Shown: piece by piece, positions 56,897-64,000 of the stretch | Layout: every line of letters starts with the position of its first letter | How positions within the stretch are numbered: position 1 is the first letter of the stretch | Assembly (NCBI GenBank): GCA_030603365.1 | Contig: JAUVXV010000004.1 | Location: forward strand, 32,001-96,000 | Length of the DNA: 64,000 nucleotides | Source: Candidatus Heimdallarchaeota archaeon | GTDB taxonomy: Archaea > Asgardarchaeota > Heimdallarchaeia > Heimdallarchaeales > Heimdallarchaeaceae | Direction: 5' to 3' | The notes under the pieces: generated by a model | Told to the model about the DNA's origin: nothing | The model's database searches: none | What the model saw: only the letters and a program-made list of their open reading frames with translations | Position numbers and translations under genes: made by a program

Positions 56897-57091
56897 ATGA
56901 GCAAAATTGTTACTAAAACCCGAAGTTTCTTTATTAATAGTCGTAAAGTACTTCGTCATGCCAAGAGACCAAGTAGGCGTGAACTATCTATTACTACCAA
57001 AATGAGTGCTTTAGGCATTATAATTATAGGTGTAATTGGATATGTTATTAGTTTACTTTTCAATGCTATAATGAGTGCAATTACTGGTTAG
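56897..57091 (+). CDS. secE: Protein translocase SecE/Sec61-gamma
   Basis: VLR.AKRP.R.E...K..ALG...IG.IGY.I. Confidence 0.92.
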   Translation: MSKIVTKTRSFFINSRKVLRHAKRPSRRELSITTKMSALGIIIIGVIGYVISLLFNAIMSAITG

Positions 57092-57147
57092 CTAAAGAGA
57101 CCTCTCAAATCAAACACGATAAAAAATCAAGAAGTAGATGTGATAAA

Positions 57148-57636
57148 ATGCCCATTTATGCTCTTAGAACAACAATTGGTCAAGAACATTCTCTAAGTGA
57201 GCATTTGGCTCGTAGAGCTGAACGAAGACCCCATCTCAAAATATTCTCTGTTTTAGTTCCAGGGGGACTTAAAGGTTATATTTTCGTTGAAGCAAGTTCT
57301 ATTGATGATGTTGAATTATTAGTGGAAGGGATGAGACATGTTCGAAAGAGACCCAGAGCTTCGAGAGCTGAGGAAATACCAATTAATGAATTGGATCATT
57401 TCTTAGTACCAAGACCTGTTATAGAAGGAGTAGATATTAACGACATAGTTGAAGTTATTAATGGTCCATTCAAAGGTTCAAAAGCAAGGGTTCTTGATAT
57501 TAATGTAGGGAAAGAAGAAGTAACAGTTGAACTTCTAGCAATGGACTTACAAATACCTGTAACAATATCTGGTGAATCAATTCGTGTAATTGAAAAATCA
57601 ACAGAAAAGGAAACAGAAGAAGAATATCTTTTATAA
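57148..57636 (+). CDS. spt5: Transcription elongation factor Spt5/NusG
   Basis: RTTIGQE, LKGYIFVEA, KOW motif VEVINGPFKG. Confidence 0.95.
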   Translation: MPIYALRTTIGQEHSLSEHLARRAERRPHLKIFSVLVPGGLKGYIFVEASSIDDVELLVEGMRHVRKRPRASRAEEIPINELDHFLVPRPVIEGVDINDIVEVINGPFKGSKARVLDINVGKEEVTVELLAMDLQIPVTISGESIRVIEKSTEKETEEEYLL

Positions 57637-57690
57637 TATTTTCTACAATTCTTATTTCTTTTTATAAAATCAGTGCAATTTAAAACCAAT

Positions 57691-58734
57691 TTACAAGTAT
57701 TCTTCTAGAGTTGGTTTTTCCTTTGCAAGTTTCATAGGCCTAGCAAACAATTTTAATTTTTGTCTCACGATTGCAGCGAACTCTGAATCAAACCCATATA
57801 ATGTGAAAACTTTCTTTGGGTTTATTGTTTGAACATGATTTAGAAGTTCATTACAATTAGCATGCATTGAAAAAGGAAACGCTTGCTCAAAACTAGAAAA
57901 AGCAAAACGCGCTGCTTGACCTGTTACTATGCTTCTTGCGATTCTACGTTCTTTCAAAAATTCTGGTATTTCTTTTAATGCCCTAGGTAATATTATTACA
58001 CTATTCTCTGCTCTAAATTCAGTATCATTTAAGATATCGAAACTGTTCCAATTTAGCGAAATTCCTTCTTTTTTGTAGATTTTATTAATTTCACTTGTTC
58101 TATTATCACAGTAAATGTCAACTGAAAGCATTTCATTTAAAAAAGCAGTTAATTCTTGAGCTCCCCCTAGGTGACCAATATTGATAATGGGTATCTTCTT
58201 ATTTTGGAGACTATCCGTAATCCATTTTAGAATAGAGATTTTTGTTCTCTCTCTAGAATCGAACATCAAATCAGCTTTACCGTAAGTTGATTCAATTATT
58301 AAGACATCAATGTCAACATCAGGGATCTCTGCTTTGGGTACGGTTATCATTTCGTTTGTACTTATGTCTCCTGTATAACAAACTGTCATGTCATCAAAAT
58401 AAAGGATAATTTGTGCAGCTCCAAGTAGGTGTCCTGCAAGAATGAACTTAACTTCAATATCATTCACTTTTATTTTCTTATTGAAATCCACAAAATGAGT
58501 GTTTTTTGGCTTTCTTGCTGTCAAACTTTCATACAATCTACTAGCAATTTCAGTAGAATAAACTTTAATCCCTTTATTTGGAAAAGCTATTGAATGATCA
58601 GTATGTGCGTGTGTAATAAGAGCAGCATCGCAATTTGAAGCGGCTTTTGTGGTTGTTGGGTCAGCTATTAAGGACATATTATCAGGTTTTGATATGAATT
58701 TAATACCGCTTTCATACTTGAATAAAGTTGGCAT
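57691..58734 (-). CDS. MBL/beta-CASP-like ribonuclease
   Basis: THAHTDH, AGHLLGA, YTGD, IESTYG, SMHA. Confidence 0.85.
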   Translation of the reverse strand: MPTLFKYESGIKFISKPDNMSLIADPTTTKAASNCDAALITHAHTDHSIAFPNKGIKVYSTEIASRLYESLTARKPKNTHFVDFNKKIKVNDIEVKFILAGHLLGAAQIILYFDDMTVCYTGDISTNEMITVPKAEIPDVDIDVLIIESTYGKADLMFDSRERTKISILKWITDSLQNKKIPIINIGHLGGAQELTAFLNEMLSVDIYCDNRTSEINKIYKKEGISLNWNSFDILNDTEFRAENSVIILPRALKEIPEFLKERRIARSIVTGQAARFAFSSFEQAFPFSMHANCNELLNHVQTINPKKVFTLYGFDSEFAAIVRQKLKLFARPMKLAKEKPTLEEYL

Positions 58735-58819
58735 AAGCTGAACCTCAGATATTCCAATTGGTGTTGAGACTCTATTAATTGTAGTATTAAATCTTTTTAA
58801 TATTCTAAAGACAATTTTC

Positions 58820-61195
58820 CTAACTATCTTCTAATTCTTTTGCTACAGCATCAGTTATTGTTCTGAATTTGAGGCCTAGCATCATAGATCCTTCAAATTT
58901 CAATTCTTTGGCCATGTAAGCAGATGCAGCGTTAACTGTTCCTGCAAAGATACCACTTGCAATAGAAGGGTCCATACAAATAGTAACATCTGGTTTTTCA
59001 ACTTTACTTTCACCTGTTGAAAACAATCCATTTTCTATCTTTATGTAGAAATGCTTGTCGTCTCCAATTGAAATTTGGAACAATAGATTGTTTTTCTTGT
59101 TCTTCTTTTGTATCTTTTCGTCCTCATTGCAAATTTGTGCTAACAAGTCCAAATAGCTAGGTATGTCCTCATTAGTGAATGTCCGTCTCTTAATCTTTAT
59201 TTTGATTAAAGATTTTAAACCCCCATCTTTTATATCCATTTCATCGGAAAATAACAAATCAGCTTCTGGAGTTTCAACAATAAGACCGAGTTCATAACCT
59301 TCCTGAATTGAATCTAGTATTTTTCTTGGATGGACTTCTTTGCAATCTCCTATCTTGAACACTCTCTTTACATGTTCTTTTACATCATTTTCAATTTCCA
59401 ATGCTGGTTGTACAGAAGTTAAAACTAGTTCATCAAACTCAATTTCTATCTCTTTATTGTTGTGAACTGCAATTATTTTATTCTCTTTTACCTCCTTAAT
59501 GGTTGTTTCAAGCATAATCTCTATTTTATCATCTTCCTCAATTGTAGGAATTACTTCTTTAGCAACTAAAGAATAAATGTCAGTGCCAAGTCTCTTCTTT
59601 TCTGTTATTAAGGTTACATCTTTGTTTGCACATGAAAGGAATTCAGCTAATTCTATACCTATCATATCTCCACCCAAAACAACAATTTTTTGCCCTTTAG
59701 GAACAGAACCATTCAAAATTTCCGAATACATTTGGTATTTAGTTCTACCAATTCCCTCTATGTCCGGTAATTTGGGTGAAATGCCTGTGGCCAATATAAC
59801 GGTGTCTGGATCATATTCCATCAAAATTTCCTTTGAGAATGGAGTATTTCGTTTAATATCTATTTGGAGCTTATCAGTAATGAAACCATAATATTCAATT
59901 AAATTCTGAACTTCCTTTTTCATAGGCGCAATTTTTGCATAATTTAATGACCCTCCTATAAACGATTCCTTCTCAATTACAATAACATCATGTCCTCTAA
60001 GTTTAGCTATTCTAGAAAACTCTAAACCTGCGGGACCACTTCCTACTACTAATATCTTTTGAGGATTTACTGTTTTTCCTATTATCTCATCACCTGCTAT
60101 AAGATTTGGATTGATTGAACAAAGAACCTGTTGCTCAGTCATTATTTGATTGAGACAAGCATTGCACCCTATACAAGTTCTAATAGTTTCAACTTGTTTG
60201 TCTTTTATTCTATTAGGGAACTCAGGGTCTGCGATCAAAGCTCGACCTATAGCTACTAAATCTGCTTTATTGTTTTGAAGAATGTCTTCTGCTACGTCGG
60301 GGGTGTTTATCCTTCCGACAACAGCAACTGTAGTATTTTCTAGTGCTTTTTTTACCAAACTTGCATTATGAACAAAACAACCTCTTGGGTAGTTCATATA
60401 AGGAACAACTGGGAATCTGGGGCTATCAAAGACTCCACCTGTGATGTTAAATAGATCTACTCCTTCCTTTTCTAGAATCTTCGAAATTTGAATAACGTCT
60501 TCAACTTCTAATCCTTCTGGAATATAATCACTACCATTTAATCTAAACCCTATAATGAAATCAGTTCCACACTTTTTCCTCACTTCTCTAATAATCTCAA
60601 CAGCTGCTCTAGTTCTATTCTCAAAGTTTTGTCCTCCATATTCATCATCTCGTTTATTAGTTCTTAGAGAAAAGAATTGGTTGAGTAAATACCCATGCCC
60701 TGCATGTATTTCTGCACCATCAAAACCAGCTTTTTTAGCTCTTAAACAAGCTTCCCCATATCCTTTAACAATTTTAGAAAGTTGCTTTCTTGTTAACGCT
60801 ATTGGTGTTTCTCCTGCCATCTCAAAAGTTATAGCTGATGGAGCAACAGCTTGAAGACCAATCATATACGATGATGCTTGGGCCCCTGCATGATATATTT
60901 GGATGAGAGCATGAGTGTCATGTTTTTTTATTGTATCTACTAATTCCTTGAACTTTCCAATCCTCTTGTTACTATCAATACTGAGCATTGTAGCAGTTCC
61001 GGCACCTCTCTTGTCGAAGTATGCACCTTCTACAATAATTAAACCAACACCACCTTTGGCTCTAAGTTCATAGTAGTCAATTAATTTATCAGGAACATTT
61101 CCCTCCTCATCACCAAAATTTGTATCCATTCCTGGCATGATGATGCGGTTCTTTAGCTTTGTTTTATTGATTATAATTGGTTCAAACAGTTTCAT
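58820..61195 (-). CDS. NADH:flavin oxidoreductase (OYE/2,4-dienoyl-CoA-reductase-like) fused to C-terminal SCP2 domain
   Basis: KNRI.MP, RAKGG.GL, EIHAGHGYLL.QF.S..N.R.DEYGG, CIGCNAC, GSGPAG; C-terminal PDVTI.M...AYM.KELKFEG (SCP2); start moved to MKLFE. Confidence 0.88.
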   Translation of the reverse strand: MKLFEPIIINKTKLKNRIIMPGMDTNFGDEEGNVPDKLIDYYELRAKGGVGLIIVEGAYFDKRGAGTATMLSIDSNKRIGKFKELVDTIKKHDTHALIQIYHAGAQASSYMIGLQAVAPSAITFEMAGETPIALTRKQLSKIVKGYGEACLRAKKAGFDGAEIHAGHGYLLNQFFSLRTNKRDDEYGGQNFENRTRAAVEIIREVRKKCGTDFIIGFRLNGSDYIPEGLEVEDVIQISKILEKEGVDLFNITGGVFDSPRFPVVPYMNYPRGCFVHNASLVKKALENTTVAVVGRINTPDVAEDILQNNKADLVAIGRALIADPEFPNRIKDKQVETIRTCIGCNACLNQIMTEQQVLCSINPNLIAGDEIIGKTVNPQKILVVGSGPAGLEFSRIAKLRGHDVIVIEKESFIGGSLNYAKIAPMKKEVQNLIEYYGFITDKLQIDIKRNTPFSKEILMEYDPDTVILATGISPKLPDIEGIGRTKYQMYSEILNGSVPKGQKIVVLGGDMIGIELAEFLSCANKDVTLITEKKRLGTDIYSLVAKEVIPTIEEDDKIEIMLETTIKEVKENKIIAVHNNKEIEIEFDELVLTSVQPALEIENDVKEHVKRVFKIGDCKEVHPRKILDSIQEGYELGLIVETPEADLLFSDEMDIKDGGLKSLIKIKIKRRTFTNEDIPSYLDLLAQICNEDEKIQKKNKKNNLLFQISIGDDKHFYIKIENGLFSTGESKVEKPDVTICMDPSIASGIFAGTVNAASAYMAKELKFEGSMMLGLKFRTITDAVAKELEDS

Positions 61196-61309
61196 CTGAT
61201 ATTTCTCCCTGTACAGCAAAAAATAAGAAGTAAGTTGAATAAAAATATTTGTTGTATATCCGGTCAATAAAGTTAAAGTATCGTTTTATTCTAAATATCA
61301 TGATACTAG

Positions 61310-62392
61310 ATGGCTGACGAAATTCCTCTTTTTAGGAAATATCCGAAATTAAGAAGTATTCCTTGGGTTTCTGTCATTAATTCCCCTACTCCAATTCACA
61401 AAATGGAACAAACAAGTAAAGAACTTAATCATAAAGCGATTTGGGTTAAGAGAGATGATTTGACACACGATATATACGGGGGAAATAAACCAAGAAAATA
61501 TGAGTTTGTCTTTGCAAATATATTGAAGAAAAATAAGAAAAGAATACTTACACAAGGAGCAATAGGCACAAATCATGGTTTGGCTACAACAGTCCATGCA
61601 AAGAGATTTGGTTTAGAGACTCATTTATATTTACTAGAACAAAAACTATCTCAAACTGTGATAGAAAATCTTCTTTGTCATCATTACTTTGGTGCAAAAC
61701 TAAATTTAATGAAAAACAAGAATCATAGAAAACTGGCAATAAAAACAAAACTATTCTTTGATAGAAAAGCGTATTTTGTTACTACAGGTGCAAGTTCCCC
61801 CTTGGGAACACTAGGTTTTGTAAATGCTGCATTTGAACTTAAAGACCAAATAGATGACAAAACAATTTCTGAGCCCGATAGATTGTTTGTGACTGTTGGT
61901 TCTCTTGCTACTTGTGCAGGGTTAGTTCTAGGTTTAGAATTAGCACAGGTAAAAACACAAATTGTAGGTATAGGTGTAACCGACCCTTCCTGGAGTTCTA
62001 AGAAAGCTACAATAGAGTTAGCTTCCAAAGCTTTGGAGATTATGAGAAAAGAAGACCCCTCTATTCCAGATGTATCAAACGAATTAGAAAAGCGATTAGT
62101 TGTAGATCATTCTTATTTTGGAGGTCAATATGGTGTTCCTACAGATGAAGCATTGGAAGCAATTGAAATAGCAAAGAAAGATAAACTTAAGCTAGAATAC
62201 GTATATACAGGTAAAACGCTTAGTGGTCTTATTGATTACATTAGGAAAGAAAAGATTTCAAAAAATGAAGTGGTTGTTTTCTGGAATTCAAAAAGTTCTG
62301 CTGATTTGACAGATTTTGCAAATGAAGTTAAACACCAAGATTTACCTAGAAAGTTTCACAAATTCTTTGAAGATTCAACCCAGATATCTTAA
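61310..62392 (+). CDS. D-cysteine desulfhydrase/ACC deaminase family PLP enzyme
   Basis: KRDD, GGNKPRK.EF, TNHG, LE.VYTGK. Confidence 0.9.
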   Translation: MADEIPLFRKYPKLRSIPWVSVINSPTPIHKMEQTSKELNHKAIWVKRDDLTHDIYGGNKPRKYEFVFANILKKNKKRILTQGAIGTNHGLATTVHAKRFGLETHLYLLEQKLSQTVIENLLCHHYFGAKLNLMKNKNHRKLAIKTKLFFDRKAYFVTTGASSPLGTLGFVNAAFELKDQIDDKTISEPDRLFVTVGSLATCAGLVLGLELAQVKTQIVGIGVTDPSWSSKKATIELASKALEIMRKEDPSIPDVSNELEKRLVVDHSYFGGQYGVPTDEALEAIEIAKKDKLKLEYVYTGKTLSGLIDYIRKEKISKNEVVVFWNSKSSADLTDFANEVKHQDLPRKFHKFFEDSTQIS

Positions 62393-62596
62393 AGACCACA
62401 AAGATAAATTGGTGTTGAGAATCAACATACCTCGAACAATCATCAATCAGACAGGGGTAACCAAATCATTTTCTCAACAAGTATCGATTCTATGAAAAAA
62501 TATAATGTTTTGGTTTGATAATAAAAAATTCTTTTGTGGAATAAAATCAATCAAGGAAATTGTTTTTGGGTAATTTAGCTTCTTGAAACAAAAAAA

Positions 62597-63208
62597 TCAT
62601 TCTCCTCTCTTATCATATTCCGATTTTAACATTCCATAATGAAATAACCCAAAACGTTTGTTTTCTTCAATACTACATTCCCTTAAGTGCCCCTCCTCGA
62701 TAAAATTTAGCCGTTCTGCAAGTTTGATACTTTCTGCATTTGTATCTCTTGTAATTAAAATAATTTTATGAGCATTCAATTTACTAAAAATAAAGTCCAT
62801 ACTCCGTTTTACAGCTTCTGTTGCATATCCTTTCTTTGTGTAACCTTGATCAAGATAATATCCGATTTCAAATGATGGCACTTCCCACTTTTTTGGTTCA
62901 ATCCAGATGTTACCAATAAAATAATTCGTTTCCTTTAACCAGATACCCATAACAAATCTGTTTCGATTAATAAAATCTGCAGCTAATGAACACTCACGAA
63001 TTTCAGCCTCTTCTAAGGTTTGAACATTCGTTGCTTCATCAACATGCTCTTTTAGAAACTCTCGATTGTTGTTTCGTTCTAGCAAATTGAATAATCCTTT
63101 ACCATCTCCCTTCTCAAATTTTCTGATAACCAATCTTTCTGTTGTAATTTCAGTAGGTAAATCGAGGAGTTTCTTTTGTATTTCTTTTTTCATATTAATC
63201 GTATTCAT
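62597..63208 (-). CDS. GNAT acetyltransferase (RimJ/RimL-like)
   Basis: TERL.IR, EIGY, KGYATEA, N..S.KLAERL.F..EG. Confidence 0.9.
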   Translation of the reverse strand: MNTINMKKEIQKKLLDLPTEITTERLVIRKFEKGDGKGLFNLLERNNNREFLKEHVDEATNVQTLEEAEIRECSLAADFINRNRFVMGIWLKETNYFIGNIWIEPKKWEVPSFEIGYYLDQGYTKKGYATEAVKRSMDFIFSKLNAHKIILITRDTNAESIKLAERLNFIEEGHLRECSIEENKRFGLFHYGMLKSEYDKRGE

Positions 63209-63351
63209 TTGTAATTATATCATGGGTTTTTATAAATTTCTCAAATATCAAGATAAGAATCCTCAGCGATTCTTTGAACCTTATTTTCTGGACGGAAAGT
63301 ATATGAGATATAATGTTTTCAATCAAATTGAAGGATATGGATACAAAAGAC

Positions 63352-64000
63352 ATGAAACTATTCATAGAAAAGATTCCTCTTCTAAAAAAACCATTATATG
63401 TTCTTTTAACGATTTTGTATCTATTAAGCTTAACATCACTGACAGTTTTGTTTTTTTATTTTGCTGACAGAATTGAGTGGTGGGGTCCTATATTATCCCA
63501 AGGGATTATGTGTATAATTGTATCCATTTTAGGGCATTTACATTTCAGATTTGCATCTTTTTACAGAAAGAAATACAAAGACCTTGCATATCAAAGATTC
63601 TTTTTTGTCTTCATCTTACCATATCTAGTTACTTGGTATGGGTGTTTTTTTCATCCTGCTTTCATTACTGGAGATAAGATTCTTCCAATTTGGGCACAAG
63701 TGATACTTGTTGTTGTTTGCTTACTTTTAATGATATCAACTAGTATTCAGATTGAGAAAGCAGGTTTTTCAATGGTAACACATGGAATGGATGTTTTTAC
63801 TGTATTTCCAGAAGAAACAACAATTGTTAGAGGTAAAATTTATTCATTTATCAGACATCCATTATATTTTGCATTATTGATGGGTGGGTTTGCAATGGGT
63901 TTTATCAGCAATACCTGGATTGGATTAGTAATAGCCACCTTCCAAATTATTCCTAGCATTTTGATTGGATTTTGGGAAGATAGAGAATTAATTACACGTG
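63352..64000 (+). CDS. ICMT/PEMT-family membrane methyltransferase (runs off window end)
   Basis: Uninterrupted frame from MKLFIEK; multiple TMs; IYSFIRHPLY motif. Confidence 0.75.
   Translation, partial: MKLFIEKIPLLKKPLYVLLTILYLLSLTSLTVLFFYFADRIEWWGPILSQGIMCIIVSILGHLHFRFASFYRKKYKDLAYQRFFFVFILPYLVTWYGCFFHPAFITGDKILPIWAQVILVVVCLLLMISTSIQIEKAGFSMVTHGMDVFTVFPEETTIVRGKIYSFIRHPLYFALLMGGFAMGFISNTWIGLVIATFQIIPSILIGFWEDRELITR

Noticed and set aside
58756-62420. 14-bp direct repeat AATTGGTGTTGAGA (58756 and 62407) flanking the OYE-SCP2 and desulfhydrase genes
   Set aside because: Exact 14-mers are expected by chance in 64 kb of AT-rich DNA; no other support for an insertion.
1346-63677. Numerous 60-146 aa ORFs antisense to or nested in confident genes (e.g. 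13401-13841, 17300-17680, 50727-51095, 63066-63467, 63477-63677)
   Set aside because: Shadow frames of well-supported genes with no independent motifs.

Overview
AT-rich archaeal chromosomal window, almost certainly from an Asgard archaeon and probably Heimdallarchaeia-like (inference). It carries eukaryotic-signature genes (gelsolin-domain protein, two roadblock/LC7 proteins, Rab-like GTPase, Urm1-like modifier) among core archaeal genes: PolD DP2/DP1, topo IA, AglB/STT3, EF-1alpha, the S19e-PDCD5-L39e-L31e-eIF6-L18a-prefoldin-FtsY cluster, FtsZ, Rpp21, form III RuBisCO with R15P isomerase, LipA/LipB, AcnX, L37e/Lsm and L11-SecE-Spt5. There are seven tRNA genes; one has a canonical intron and one has two introns. 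Two accessory regions stand out. (1) About 18.8-28.4 kb: an orphan phage/eCIS tail-tube gene, a gene flanked by ~30-bp direct repeats, and a tRNA-Cys followed by two further copies of its 3' end. These copies delimit ~1-kb integrase-free cassettes holding a structured RNA-like segment, an unannotated Flp-like prepilin, an NHL pseudogene and an aminotransferase. (2) About 52.5-56.2 kb: a stand-alone 533-aa TnpB whose RuvC-II site has the rearranged Gly/alternative-Glu layout seen in Fanzors, followed by a structured omegaRNA-like tail. Other notable items are a SNAP-like/Ig/coiled-coil protein, a decayed leuS 3' fragment and an OYE-SCP2 fusion. All calls come from reading motifs by eye; no database searches or folding programs were run.
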